A DNA stretch of 64,000 bases from Candidatus Rothia avicola (GCA_019115985.1 DXCN01000020.1:2605-66604), one strand, 5' to 3'; positions 45,569 to 56,949 are shown, numbered from the stretch's first letter. Made by a program: numbers and translations. The notes: generated by a model not told the origin, from the sequence alone.

Positions 45569-46927
45569 CTACTTGCCGGTGTAGCCTTCGTCGGCTATGT
45601 CTGCCGGGAAGTTAGGGCGGTAGCCGGGAAACCAGCCAATAGCCGCAAGAAGAAGCAGAGCACCGGCCACGATAAAGGCCGGGAAGAAGCCCCAGGCGTC
45701 GATGATAAAGCCAGCTACGAGCGGGCCGACGATCAGGCCGATGTCTGAGACCATCTGGTAGTAGGCCAGGGGCTGACCGCCTGAGCGCTTGTTGCCCACA
45801 ATATCTGAGACAGCAGCCTGCAGGGAAGGGCCGAGCAGGGCTGAGGCAACGCCCAGAAGTACGGCCGCCCCCACAAAGACAACCGGGTGAGTGATCAGGC
45901 CAAAGATGATGGTGACGATACCTGCCAGAATCAGCCCGGAAAAGACCATGGGGCGGCGGCCAATCTTATCGCCCATCTTGCCCGAATAAATCTGGACCAG
46001 GGCATTACCGGCTGCATAGGTGGCCAGGGTGAAACCTGCCAGCTTGGCTCCGGCAGCTGCGGCGTCGTAGCCAGCTTCACCGGCGTGCAGGTTAGCTAGG
46101 AGGGCTACGGCGGCGAGGGGAACTACGGTGGACTGTAGGCCGAAGACGCTCCACCCTACCGCCAGGTTGGTCACGAGGGCTGCTTTGAAATTGGTGAACT
46201 TCAGGGCGTCGGCCAGCTTGAGTTCGGGCTTGGGCACGGCGATACCCTGGGTGTTGAGATTGACCTCCTGCGGCTCGTCCTTGAGCTGGGTCAGCACTAC
46301 CAGGGCTGCACACAGGAGCATGACCGCATAGACAAAGAAGGGCACCCGCATACCGAGGGACGAGGCAGCTGCCCCCAGCACGGGCCCCAAAATATTGCCC
46401 AGCAGGAAGGACGTAGCAAAGTAGCCCGAGACCTTACCCCGAATCGTCGGGGGTGAGCTGCGCACCAAGATACCCATGGCAGCCACGGTAAACATGACCG
46501 AGCCGGTACCGCCGACGATGCGGGAGGCAATGAGCATGGGGTAGTTGACCGAAAGTCCGGCCCCGATGGAACCCAGGCCCACAATAATGAGGCCCGCCGA
46601 GTAGATGCGGCGCTCGCCGAAGCGGGAGATAAGGCGCCCGGACGCCGGTGCGAAGGCCAGGCGCGAGAGGGCAAAGGCTGAGACGACGAAGGTCGCTGCC
46701 ATGGCACCCACATCGAAGCTGCGGGCAAAGCCGGGGAGCACGGGGGCGACCAGGCCGTAGCCGAGGGCAATGAGGAATGAGGCGACAATCAGGACCTTAA
46801 TTGGGGTCGGTACCTTGACGCTTTCGGCGGTGCGGGGCTTTTGGTTGCGGCTTTCCTGCCGTACCGATTCGGGGATGACGGGGATGGCCCCGGTGTCCAT
46901 GGAGGGGGTGGGAATGTGGTTGCTCAT
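45569..46927 (-). CDS. MFS transporter
   Basis: 452-aa ORF with about 12 hydrophobic helices and an MFS loop motif (ASGRLISRFGERR). Confidence 0.8.
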   Translation of the reverse strand: MSNHIPTPSMDTGAIPVIPESVRQESRNQKPRTAESVKVPTPIKVLIVASFLIALGYGLVAPVLPGFARSFDVGAMAATFVVSAFALSRLAFAPASGRLISRFGERRIYSAGLIIVGLGSIGAGLSVNYPMLIASRIVGGTGSVMFTVAAMGILVRSSPPTIRGKVSGYFATSFLLGNILGPVLGAAASSLGMRVPFFVYAVMLLCAALVVLTQLKDEPQEVNLNTQGIAVPKPELKLADALKFTNFKAALVTNLAVGWSVFGLQSTVVPLAAVALLANLHAGEAGYDAAAAGAKLAGFTLATYAAGNALVQIYSGKMGDKIGRRPMVFSGLILAGIVTIIFGLITHPVVFVGAAVLLGVASALLGPSLQAAVSDIVGNKRSGGQPLAYYQMVSDIGLIVGPLVAGFIIDAWGFFPAFIVAGALLLLAAIGWFPGYRPNFPADIADEGYTGK

Positions 46928-47082
46928 GCGGTGATGCTCTGGTGCCTCTTTGCTGTGTCGATCTATCTGAAAAGTATCTTATCTCACAATGGTGGCCTCT
47001 GTGGGGTGCAGTGTGCAGAAGTGCATTCTACTCCCACCGCTGGGGCTGTTATGGGGCGGGGAGAATATGGCAAGCTAGAAGG

Positions 47083-48186
47083 GTGAATGATTCTCTAACT
47101 CTCATTGTGTACATACTTTTTGGTGTGCTGATTCTAGGTGGCGTGCTCGCGGTTCTGCTGCGCGGCCCTAAGGCCCCTAAGGAAGGCTACGAGGGCACCC
47201 GCGATGCCGATGACCTCCCCGCAGATAGCACTGACGGGCCGGTCACCACTATCGAGCGTCCGGCGTCCGCCCAGGGCCGCCTGGTGCGCCTGCGCGCCCG
47301 CCTCTCGCGCTCCAATAACCTGCTGGGCAAGGGCCTGCTAGCCCTGCTGTCCCGCGACAAGATTGACCAGGAGGTCTGGGATGAGGTCGAAGAGACCCTG
47401 CTCCTGGCAGACCTGGGTGCCGAGCCCTCGGCCCGCCTGGTGGAGGCCCTGCAGCAGCGTGTGCGCGTGGAGGGTACCGAGAATCCCGCCCACGTCAAAC
47501 AGATGCTGCGTGAGGAGCTTCTTTCAATCGTGGGTGAAAATACCGACCGCTCCCTGGCCCTGGACGGTGCCGACGGTAACCCCGGCGTCGTGCTGGTTGT
47601 CGGTGTAAACGGCGTGGGTAAGACCACCACCGTGGGCAAGCTGGCCCGCGTGATGGTCGCTGAAGAGAAGAACCTCCTGCTGGGTGCAGCCGATACCTTC
47701 CGTGCGGCGGCTGCCGACCAGCTCCAGACCTGGGGCGACCGCGTAGGGGTCGACACCGTCCGCTCCGATAAGGACGGCGCCGACCCGGCTTCCGTTGCCT
47801 TTGAAGCTATCCGCGAGGGCAAGGCCCGCGGCGTCGATACCGTCATGATTGACACCGCCGGGCGCCTGCAAAACAAGGCCGGTCTGATGGACCAGCTGGG
47901 CAAAATCAAGCGCGTGGTCGAGAAAGAAGCCCCGGTCACCGAGGTGCTCTTGGTCATTGATGCCACCACCGGCCAGAACGGCATGATCCAGGCCAAGGTC
48001 TTCTCCGAGGTCGTTCAGATTACCGGCATCGTGCTGACTAAGCTTGACGGCTCAGCCAAGGGCGGCATCGTGGTCGCTATCCAGGAAGAGCTGGGTGTAC
48101 CCGTCAAGCTCATCGGCCTGGGCGAAGGCCCCGACGATCTGGCGCCCTTCGAGCCCGGTGCCTTTGTCGACGCCCTCCTCGACTAA
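47083..48186 (+). CDS. ftsY: Signal recognition particle receptor FtsY
   Basis: N-terminal TM helix (LTLIVYILFGVLILGGVLAVLL). NG domain GVNGVGKTTTVGKLA, DTAGRL, TKLDG. Start uncertain: GTG at 47083 is preferred over the ORF-track 46942. Confidence 0.88.
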   Translation: MNDSLTLIVYILFGVLILGGVLAVLLRGPKAPKEGYEGTRDADDLPADSTDGPVTTIERPASAQGRLVRLRARLSRSNNLLGKGLLALLSRDKIDQEVWDEVEETLLLADLGAEPSARLVEALQQRVRVEGTENPAHVKQMLREELLSIVGENTDRSLALDGADGNPGVVLVVGVNGVGKTTTVGKLARVMVAEEKNLLLGAADTFRAAAADQLQTWGDRVGVDTVRSDKDGADPASVAFEAIREGKARGVDTVMIDTAGRLQNKAGLMDQLGKIKRVVEKEAPVTEVLLVIDATTGQNGMIQAKVFSEVVQITGIVLTKLDGSAKGGIVVAIQEELGVPVKLIGLGEGPDDLAPFEPGAFVDALLD

Positions 48187-48209
48187 GGCGCAACCTGAGT
48201 TCATCTAGG

Positions 48210-48248
48210 AACCGGGGGAACTGTTTCTAACAGTTCCCCCGGTTTTTT
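48210..48248 (+). terminator. Rho-independent terminator after ftsY
   Basis: 16-bp stem aaccgggggaactgtt / aacagttcccccggtt followed by tttt. Confidence 0.9.
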
Positions 48249-48268
48249 CATACCCGCCTAGAGCGCCG

Positions 48269-48357
48269 GTAACCTGCCCGTTACTGCCCGAAACACCCCC
48301 GTAACCCCTGTTTTCATGCCCGCAACACGGTCAGGGTACCTGTAACCGGGGCGAAAC
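48269..48357 (+). promoter_or_regulatory. Helically phased GTnAC/GAAAC pentamer array resembling actinobacterial GlnR boxes
   Basis: GTAAC 48269, GTTAC 48280, GAAAC 48290, GTAAC 48301, GCAAC 48322, GTAAC 48342, GAAAC 48353. Spacings are 10-11 bp or multiples of that. Includes a canonical GTAAC-N6-GAAAC. Lies 115-200 nt upstream of amt. Confidence 0.45.
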
Positions 48358-48471
48358 TCCAGGCGCAAGCAGCCGAAACACGCGCAGAGAACAATAGAAC
48401 CTGTCAACACACCAAGAGCCGGTCTACCGGCACACAGGTTTTCTTTACGGGTTTTGAAAGGGGTAACAGGC

Positions 48472-49686
<1,215 letters not shown>

Positions 49687-49696
49687 ACTAGGGGGC

Positions 49697-50527
49697 ATGA
49701 AACTTGTCTCCTGGAATGTTGATTCACTCAATGCTGCACTCACCAGTGAGTCGGCCCGTGCCCTGCTCTCCCGCGATGTCTTTGCCTCCATCGCCCTGCT
49801 GAACCCCGACGTCCTTGCCCTGCAAGAAACCAAGCTCTCGGCCAAGGGGCCCACCAAGAAGCATCTCGAAGCCCTGCACGCCTACTTCCCCGACTACAAG
49901 ATTGCCTGGGTATCTTCCGACGAGCCCGCCCGTAAGGGGTACGCGGGCACCATGTTCCTCTACAAGCAGGAGCTAGAGCCCACCGTCACCTACCCCCGCC
50001 TCTCTGCCCCCACCACCATGGATGCCGAAGGGCGCATGATTACCCTGGAATTTGAGGACTTCTACGTCACCCAGGTCTACACCCCCAACGCTTCGGACGG
50101 CCTGCGCCGCCTGCCTGACCGCCAGGTCTGGGATCGTCTCTACGCCGACTACCTTGCCGGCCTGGACGCCACTAAACCTGTGCTTGCAACCGGCGACTTC
50201 AACGTTGCCCACACCGAAATTGACCTGGCCAACCCCAAGGCTAACCGCCGTTCACCGGGCTTCACCGACGAAGAGCGCGAGGGTTTCACCCAGATTCTCT
50301 CCCGGGGCTTTACCGACACCTTCCGTCACCTGCACGGGGACGTCACCGGAGCCTACACCTGGTGGGCCCAGCGCTCCCGCACGTCCAAAATCAACAACAC
50401 CGGCTGGCGCATTGACTACTGGCTGGTATCAGACCGGGTCGCTGAGAAGGTTCGAGCCTCAGAGATGATTGACTCAGGCCCCCGTCAGGACCACACCCCG
50501 ATTCTCCTCGATATCGACCTGGGCTAG
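49697..50527 (+). CDS. xth: Exodeoxyribonuclease III (ExoIII/APE1 family)
   Basis: MKLVSWNV...LQETK, GDFNVAH, and WRIDYWL...DHTPI motifs. The in-frame upstream extension from 49619 overlaps the glnB remnant and is rejected. Confidence 0.88.
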   Translation: MKLVSWNVDSLNAALTSESARALLSRDVFASIALLNPDVLALQETKLSAKGPTKKHLEALHAYFPDYKIAWVSSDEPARKGYAGTMFLYKQELEPTVTYPRLSAPTTMDAEGRMITLEFEDFYVTQVYTPNASDGLRRLPDRQVWDRLYADYLAGLDATKPVLATGDFNVAHTEIDLANPKANRRSPGFTDEEREGFTQILSRGFTDTFRHLHGDVTGAYTWWAQRSRTSKINNTGWRIDYWLVSDRVAEKVRASEMIDSGPRQDHTPILLDIDLG

Positions 50528-50550
50528 GTAAAAGCTGGTCTATCTGTTAG

Positions 50551-50594
50551 AAGCCCGAGGGCCCCTGTAACACCGGTGGCCCTCGGGCTTTTTA
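50551..50594 (+). terminator. Rho-independent terminator after xth
   Basis: aagcccgagggcc / ggccctcgggctt stem followed by tttt. Confidence 0.85.
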
Positions 50595-50651
50595 ATGCGT
50601 GGATTATTTCGGCTACGTTTCGCCGACTCTTTGCTGCGGACGAGCGGTGTG

Positions 50652-50717
50652 TTGCCCAACTTGATGTGACGGGCGCGACTAAATATACTCAACTCAACAC
50701 GTCAGTATATGTTGGGC
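50652..50717. promoter_or_regulatory. Composite symmetric inverted repeat upstream of the peptide ABC operon
   Basis: TGCCCAAC-N6-TGACG ...28 nt... CGTCA-N6-GTTGGGCA, about 70 nt upstream of the first permease ATG. Could be an operator or a 5'-UTR hairpin. Function unknown. Confidence 0.3.
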
Positions 50718-50784
50718 ATCACAAGCCTGGCAGTATCTGTAAAGGCTCACACACAATGTTCGTTACCCAGAAAGAGTTCGCCTC

Positions 50785-51771
50785 ATGATTAAGTATCTGC
50801 TGAGGCGAGCAGCTACCTACGCCGTCATGATCTTCTTAACGACGACCGGTGGCTACTTCCTCGCCGTTACCTCACTGAACCCCGCCCTGCTCGAACAGGA
50901 ACGCATTCCCCGCCCCTCACCGGAGCAGGTTCAGCGCAACTTCGCAGCCTTGAACCTCGACCCCACCATGACCGCCTGGGACCGCTACGTCCAGTGGCTG
51001 ACCAACGTTGTTCTGCACTGGGACTGGGGCCGAAGCCCCAACGGCGCCTACATCAACGCTGAATTCGGTCAGCGCGTGTGGGTATCAACCCGCCTCTACC
51101 TGGTGGCCGTGATTCTCTCCCTCATCATCGGTGTAGCCCTGGGCGTTTACTCAGCAGCCCGTCAGTACAAGTTCTCTGACCGTGTGATTACCGGCTACTC
51201 CTACCTGGTCTATATCCTGCCCGCCCCCATCGCCTACTTCCTGGTCCAGCTGGGAGCTGTGGCCATTAACAGTGCAACGGGGGAGCGCATCTTCTTCGTG
51301 ACCGGTATTTCCTCGCCAGGTCTCACCCCGGGCAGTATCGAATACTGGGTAGACTTGGCAGCCCACTACATCGTGCCCACCTTCTGTATCACGATTATGA
51401 GCTGGGGCGGCTACCAGATTTCCCAGCGCCAGTACCTGCTCGACAGCGTCAACGCCGACTTTGTGCGCACTGCTCGCGCTAAGGGCCTCACCCGCAACCA
51501 GGCCATCCGCCGCCACGCCCTGCGTGTCTCCTTCATCCCGGTAGCCCAGTCCATTGCCTTTACCGTTCCCTCTATCTTCACCGGCGGCTTCTTCGCCGAG
51601 GCCATCTTCGCCTGGCCCGGTATTGGCCTCTGGACAATTCAGTCAATCGGTGCCCAGGACGTCAACGCGGCGGTAGCAACCCTGGCCTACGGCTCCTTCA
51701 TCTTCGCAGTTGGTGCCATCATCGCTGATATCGCCACCACCATCGTCGATCCCCGAGTGAGGATCTCATGA
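50785..51771 (+). CDS. Peptide/nickel ABC transporter permease (DppB/OppB type)
   Basis: 328-aa ORF, about 6 TM helices, and BPD-transporter EAA-like loop (DFVRTARAKGLTRNQAIRRHALR). Confidence 0.88.
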   Translation: MIKYLLRRAATYAVMIFLTTTGGYFLAVTSLNPALLEQERIPRPSPEQVQRNFAALNLDPTMTAWDRYVQWLTNVVLHWDWGRSPNGAYINAEFGQRVWVSTRLYLVAVILSLIIGVALGVYSAARQYKFSDRVITGYSYLVYILPAPIAYFLVQLGAVAINSATGERIFFVTGISSPGLTPGSIEYWVDLAAHYIVPTFCITIMSWGGYQISQRQYLLDSVNADFVRTARAKGLTRNQAIRRHALRVSFIPVAQSIAFTVPSIFTGGFFAEAIFAWPGIGLWTIQSIGAQDVNAAVATLAYGSFIFAVGAIIADIATTIVDPRVRIS

Positions 51772-52742
51772 GCAATTCACCTTCCATTGACCACAACAAC
51801 CTCACCGGTATTATCACGAGGGTCGATCAGACTAACGCTGACTTCGACATCATCAGCAAGAAGAAGATTATCTTCCGCCGCTTTATGCGGAACAAGACCG
51901 CGGTCTTTGGCCTGGCCGTCCTGCTGCTGGTGATAGCTTTCGGTCTCTTTGGCGGCTTCCTCTCCAAATGGGATACCACCACCATCGACCCCTTCTATAT
52001 CTCCACCGGCCCTAGCTCCGAGCACTGGTTCGGCACTACCAGTGCAGGCACCGACCTCTACGCCCAGATGGTTGAAGCTGTCCGCACCTCGGTCTTCATC
52101 GGTCTGATCGTGGGCGGTGTCTCCGTCATCTTTGCAGCTATCTACGGCTGCGTCATGGCCTACTTCGGCGGCAAGATCGACAAGACCATGCTGTTCGTCC
52201 TTGAGACCCTGATTATGGCGCCCAGCCTGCTGGTTGTAGCTATTGTCATCAACGGTGCTGGCGGCCAGGCCATCCGCGATAACCTACCCGGCTGGCTCAT
52301 CCTGACCATCGTGCTCCTGATCTTCAGCTGGATGTACACCGCCCGTGTGATTCGAGCTATGGCCATGTCGCTCATCTCCCGCGACTACGTCAAAGCCGCC
52401 CGCTACATGGGTGTGCACCCCCTCAAGATTGTCTGGCGTCACCTGGTGCCCAACATCGGCTCCCTGATGGTGCTTGAATTCACCCGCGGTATCACCGCAG
52501 CAATTCTGGCTGAGGTGTCTTACACCTTCATCGGTATTGGCGTGAAATACCCCAACTTCTCACTGGGGTCACTCATCGCCCAGGCTTCAAGCCAGATCAA
52601 CACCCTGCCCTGGATGTTCTGGATTCCGCTGCTGTTCTTCTTCCTGCTGGTTGGCCCCCTGGCCCTGATGAATGACGGCTTGCGTGACGCCTTCGATCCC
52701 ACTTCCCTGTCCGTTGGCAAAGTTAAGAAAAAGAAGAAGTAA
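51768..52742 (+). CDS. Peptide/nickel ABC transporter permease (DppC/OppC type)
   Basis: 324-aa ORF. Overlaps the upstream gene by 4 nt. EAA-like loop DYVKAARYMGVHPLKIVWRHLVPN. Confidence 0.88.
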   Translation: MSNSPSIDHNNLTGIITRVDQTNADFDIISKKKIIFRRFMRNKTAVFGLAVLLLVIAFGLFGGFLSKWDTTTIDPFYISTGPSSEHWFGTTSAGTDLYAQMVEAVRTSVFIGLIVGGVSVIFAAIYGCVMAYFGGKIDKTMLFVLETLIMAPSLLVVAIVINGAGGQAIRDNLPGWLILTIVLLIFSWMYTARVIRAMAMSLISRDYVKAARYMGVHPLKIVWRHLVPNIGSLMVLEFTRGITAAILAEVSYTFIGIGVKYPNFSLGSLIAQASSQINTLPWMFWIPLLFFFLLVGPLALMNDGLRDAFDPTSLSVGKVKKKKK

Positions 52743-54818
52743 ATGAGCACTACACCAGTACTGAGCGTCCGAGACCTCAACGTAAAGTTCAATACCGAAA
52801 ACGGTATTGTGCACGCGGTGCGCGGCATTGACTTCGACCTCTACGCGGGCAAGACGCTGGGCATCGTGGGCGAATCCGGCTCCGGTAAGTCGGTTGCCTC
52901 GATGGCCATCATGGGACTGCACCCCACCACCGCAGACATCACCGGTTCCATCAAGTACAACGGCACCGAACTACTGGGTCTGACCGATAAGCAGATGTGC
53001 GACTACCGTGGCAAAGAGATTTCCATGGTCTTCCAGGATCCGCTGTCATCACTCACCCCGGTCTTCACCATCGGCCACCAGCTGGCTGAGGTACTCAAGG
53101 TCCACAACAGGGGCATGAGCGATAAGGCTATTCAGGCCCGCTCCGTGGAGCTCTTGCGTCTGGTCGGCATTCCCTCACCCGAGAGCCGTCTCAAGTCCTT
53201 CCCCCACGAGTTCTCGGGCGGCATGCGTCAGCGCGTCATGATTGCTATGGCCATTGCGAACGAGCCACGCGTACTGATCGCCGATGAACCCACCACCGCG
53301 CTGGATGTCACCATCCAGGCTCAGGTGCTTGAGGTGATGCAGAAGGCCCAGGAAGAGACCGGAGCGGCTACCATCATGATTACCCACGACCTGGGAATCG
53401 TAGCCGGTATGGCCGATGAAATCATGGTCATGTACGCGGGCAAGGCTGTAGAGCATGCCGCTGCCACCGACCTCTACAAGAAGCCCTCCATGCCCTACAC
53501 CATCGGTCTGCTGGGTGCTGTACCCCGCGTGGACCGCAAGGAAAAGACCTCCCTGGTGCCGATTGAGGGAACCCCGCCCAACCTGCTCAAACCCGTGGTG
53601 GGCTGCTCCTTCGCAGCCCGCTGCCCGGTGGCTACGGACGCCTGCCTCACCCAGGAGCCGGAGCTCAAGCTGATTGCCGGTACCGGTGAGAACCACCGCT
53701 CAGCCTGCCTGTACGCAGAGAAGTTCGTCAACGAACGTCCTGAGCAGATGTTCCCCGTGCCTCCCATTCCCGTCTCTGCCCTCGATAGCGTACCCCGCGA
53801 AGAGCGCGCCAGCGTGCTTGAGGTAAAGAACGTCAAGAAATTCTTCCCCCTCACCAAGGGCGCCCTCATCAAGCGCCGTGTGGGCACCGTCAAGGCCGTC
53901 AACGGGGTCAGTTTCGATATCCGTGAAGGCGAGTGCTTCTCCATCGTGGGCGAGTCAGGCTGCGGTAAGACCACCACCCTGCTCGAAATCATGGAGTTCT
54001 CCAAAGACATTGACGGCGAAATCGTCATCGCCGGTGTCTCCAACAAGCAGGGCCTACGCGGCTCCGAACTCAACGCCCTGCGCAAGAACCAGCAGATGGT
54101 CTTCCAGGACCCAACGGGTGCACTCGACCCCCGCTTCACCGTCTACGAAATTCTGGCCGAACCCCTACAAAACCAGGGCTGGGCAGTTAAAGACATTAAG
54201 AAGCGCGTACTTGAACTGATGAAGACCGTCGGCCTGCAACCTGACCACGTCAACCGCTTCCCCAACCAGTTCTCCGGCGGCCAGCGCCAGCGTATCGGCA
54301 TCGCCCGTGCGCTCGCTGTCAACCCCAAGCTGGTGGCTCTCGACGAGCCGGTCTCTGCTCTTGACGTCTCTGTTCAGGCAGGCGTCATTAACCTGCTGGA
54401 GACGCTGCGTGTCGAGCTGGGGCTGAGCTACCTGATGGTGGCACATGATTTGGCTGTGGTGCGCCATGCCTCTGACCGCGTGGCCGTTATGTACCTGGGC
54501 CGGGTGGTCGAGATTGGCAATGTGGACGAGGTCTTTGATAACCCCGTGCACCCCTACACCCGGGCTTTGCTCTCTGCCATTCCTGTGCCCGACCCCGAGG
54601 TGGAGGCCAACCGCCAGCGCATTGTGCTCGAAGGCGACCTGCCCACCCCCGTGAATGCACCGGAGGGTTGTGCTTTTGCAACTCGTTGCCCCATCTTCAA
54701 GCTTCTTCCTGAAGATAAGCAGAAGAACTGCACCGAAAATGTGCCTGTTCTAAGCCGGGCGAGTGAGGACCACCAGTACGCCTGTCATTATCCTGAACAC
54801 GAAGTTGCTATGAGCTAA
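52743..54818 (+). CDS. Fused double ATPase of the peptide ABC transporter (DppD/OppD-DppF/OppF fusion)
   Basis: 691 aa. Two Walker A sites (GESGSGKS, GESGCGKT) and two signature motifs (FSGGMRQR, FSGGQRQR). Both halves carry oligopeptide-type C-terminal extensions. Confidence 0.9.
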   Translation: MSTTPVLSVRDLNVKFNTENGIVHAVRGIDFDLYAGKTLGIVGESGSGKSVASMAIMGLHPTTADITGSIKYNGTELLGLTDKQMCDYRGKEISMVFQDPLSSLTPVFTIGHQLAEVLKVHNRGMSDKAIQARSVELLRLVGIPSPESRLKSFPHEFSGGMRQRVMIAMAIANEPRVLIADEPTTALDVTIQAQVLEVMQKAQEETGAATIMITHDLGIVAGMADEIMVMYAGKAVEHAAATDLYKKPSMPYTIGLLGAVPRVDRKEKTSLVPIEGTPPNLLKPVVGCSFAARCPVATDACLTQEPELKLIAGTGENHRSACLYAEKFVNERPEQMFPVPPIPVSALDSVPREERASVLEVKNVKKFFPLTKGALIKRRVGTVKAVNGVSFDIREGECFSIVGESGCGKTTTLLEIMEFSKDIDGEIVIAGVSNKQGLRGSELNALRKNQQMVFQDPTGALDPRFTVYEILAEPLQNQGWAVKDIKKRVLELMKTVGLQPDHVNRFPNQFSGGQRQRIGIARALAVNPKLVALDEPVSALDVSVQAGVINLLETLRVELGLSYLMVAHDLAVVRHASDRVAVMYLGRVVEIGNVDEVFDNPVHPYTRALLSAIPVPDPEVEANRQRIVLEGDLPTPVNAPEGCAFATRCPIFKLLPEDKQKNCTENVPVLSRASEDHQYACHYPEHEVAMS

Positions 54819-54894
54819 ATTACATGTATAGTATGTAATCGGCATCACTTATCGCCCGCTTTTGGGGCATCCCCTTTACAAAGGAGAAGAGAGA

Positions 54895-56610
54895 ATGAAC
54901 AAGAATGTAGTTCTGAACCGCCGCACCCTGCTCTGGGGTACCGGCATCCTGGGAACCACTGGTCTGCTCACTGCCTGTGGTGGTTCTAGCGGCAACACCA
55001 CTAGCGCAGCATCTGCCAGCATGGCGGCAGCCGGTGATGAGGTCAAGGTCGAAATTAATGAGCAGGACGTCGCTAACCTGCAGACCGGTGGCGTTGTCAA
55101 CCTGCCCGTTAGCTCCCTGGGCCCTGATTTCAACATCACCTCTCAGAACGGTAACTCAGCAAATAACAGCTTTGTTCTCTCCACCTTCCATACTTCGATG
55201 ACCAGCGGTATCTGGCAGTCAGACTTCGACGGTACTCCCAGCATCAACCCCGACTTCTGTGAGTCCTACGAGTCTGAAACCGTTGATGGCGTGCAGACCA
55301 TCCGCGTCAAGCTGAACTCCAAGGCCAAGTTCAACGATGGCACTCCCATTGATATTGAGTCCCTGCGTACCTCATGGAACGTTTTCAAGTCCACCGAGGG
55401 CGACTACAACATTGTTACCTCGGGCATGTACGAGTTCATCGAGTCCATTGAAGAAGATGGCGACGCCTTCTCTGCTGTTGTGACGATGAGGCAGCCCTAC
55501 TACCCGGCAGATAACCTCTTTGGTACCCTGCTGCACCCTGCCATGGCAGACCCGGCAGTCTTCAACGAGGGCTGGACCGACAACCCCAACCCCGACTACG
55601 GCGTAGGCCCCTTCAAACTGGAAGAATGGAACTCAGCAGAAAAGCGCCTTTCCGTTGTTCCCAACGAAAACTGGTGGGGTACTAAGCCCATCCTAGACCG
55701 CATCACCTTCCGCCAGATGGAAGCCAGTGCAGCTCGGGCAGCCTTCCGCAACGGCGAAATTGATGCAGTGGAAGCTCGAACTTTGGCTGCCTATAAGGAC
55801 GTTGAAGGCACCGCCGATGCTGAGCCCCGTCGTTCTCTGCGTCTCTTCTCCGGCGGCTTGAACCTCAATCCTGCCCGTATTCAGGACGTTGCCCTGCGCC
55901 GCGCAATCTTTGCCGGCACCGACCGTAAGGCCCTCTCAGACATTCGTTTCCAGGGCCTGAACTGGAGCGAAGAGACCCCGGGCTCCATGCTTCTACTGCC
56001 TATCTCTGAGTACTACCAGGACAACTACCCAGAAGAGCGCGGTGTTGAGGCAGCCCAGAAGATTCTGGAAGATGCCGGTTACACCAAGAGCGGCGACTAC
56101 TACGCTAAGGACGGCGCTAACGCCAGCTTCCGCGTAACCAGCTTCGGCGATGACCCCGGAGCTGCCGCACTGGCTCAAACTATGGTTGAGCAGATGAAGG
56201 CCATCGGTATTGAATGCTCCATCGACCAGCAACCCAGCGCTAACTTCGCCTCGGTGGTCGGTAATAAGGAATACGACATGACCTTCTCTGGCTACTCTGT
56301 TGGCTCTGACGCTACCGGTGCCACTCGCCAGTACTATCACTCATCTAACCTCGACGGTGCGGCTGGCTCTGAGGAAATCGACGCCATGATCGCCGAGATG
56401 GAAAAGATTGAGGACGACGCTGAGCGTAACGCAAAGTGCAACGAGATCGAAAAGAAGTTCATGGCCGAGTTTGCAACCCTCGGTACTGTCTTCAATGGTC
56501 CTAGCATCTTCTACTGCAAGACCAAGCTAGCTAACTACGGTGCCGCTATGTTTGGTGGCCCCTCTGCTAACCCCCACCTCTGGGCCCGCCTTGGCTGGAT
56601 GAAGGACTAA
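54895..56610 (+). CDS. Peptide ABC transporter substrate-binding lipoprotein (family 5), paralogue 1
   Basis: Tat-like RR (NRRTLLWGTG) plus lipobox LLTACGG. SBP family-5 fold. GGAG SD. Confidence 0.85.
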   Translation: MNKNVVLNRRTLLWGTGILGTTGLLTACGGSSGNTTSAASASMAAAGDEVKVEINEQDVANLQTGGVVNLPVSSLGPDFNITSQNGNSANNSFVLSTFHTSMTSGIWQSDFDGTPSINPDFCESYESETVDGVQTIRVKLNSKAKFNDGTPIDIESLRTSWNVFKSTEGDYNIVTSGMYEFIESIEEDGDAFSAVVTMRQPYYPADNLFGTLLHPAMADPAVFNEGWTDNPNPDYGVGPFKLEEWNSAEKRLSVVPNENWWGTKPILDRITFRQMEASAARAAFRNGEIDAVEARTLAAYKDVEGTADAEPRRSLRLFSGGLNLNPARIQDVALRRAIFAGTDRKALSDIRFQGLNWSEETPGSMLLLPISEYYQDNYPEERGVEAAQKILEDAGYTKSGDYYAKDGANASFRVTSFGDDPGAAALAQTMVEQMKAIGIECSIDQQPSANFASVVGNKEYDMTFSGYSVGSDATGATRQYYHSSNLDGAAGSEEIDAMIAEMEKIEDDAERNAKCNEIEKKFMAEFATLGTVFNGPSIFYCKTKLANYGAAMFGGPSANPHLWARLGWMKD

Positions 56611-56651
56611 GCTCCTCGAGTCTAGAAATCTCCTAGGGTAACCCCTAACTT

Positions 56652-56694
56652 GCCCCATCACCTGATGCAGGTGGTGGGGCACGTTGTTTGTTTA
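56652..56694 (+). terminator. Terminator after the first binding-protein gene
   Basis: gccccatcacc / ggtggtggggc stem followed by a T-rich tail. Confidence 0.65.
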
Positions 56695-56949
56695 ATCTGG
56701 GTTGTTATCTCGGCCTGTTGTCATATCTGTGGGTTGGTGGCCAGGGGAGGGGATCTGGAGATGCTGAAAACATCAGAAAAATTTAGAGAAGCTAATCTAT
56801 TTCTGATAAAAATGCTCAGCGCTTACGGGGCTATTATGTGAAATACGGGTTGAAAAAGAGTTACAGTGGCATAAATTACCTGCTAGGGTAGTCTCAACCA
56901 TACAAAAGGTGTGGCGAATATTAAGTTCTGCTTATCTAAGGATGGCGTT

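Noticed and set aside
47187-47996. 269-aa ORF antisense to ftsY
   Set aside because: Ser/Arg/Ala-rich shadow frame. The ftsY NG-domain motifs on the plus strand are decisive.
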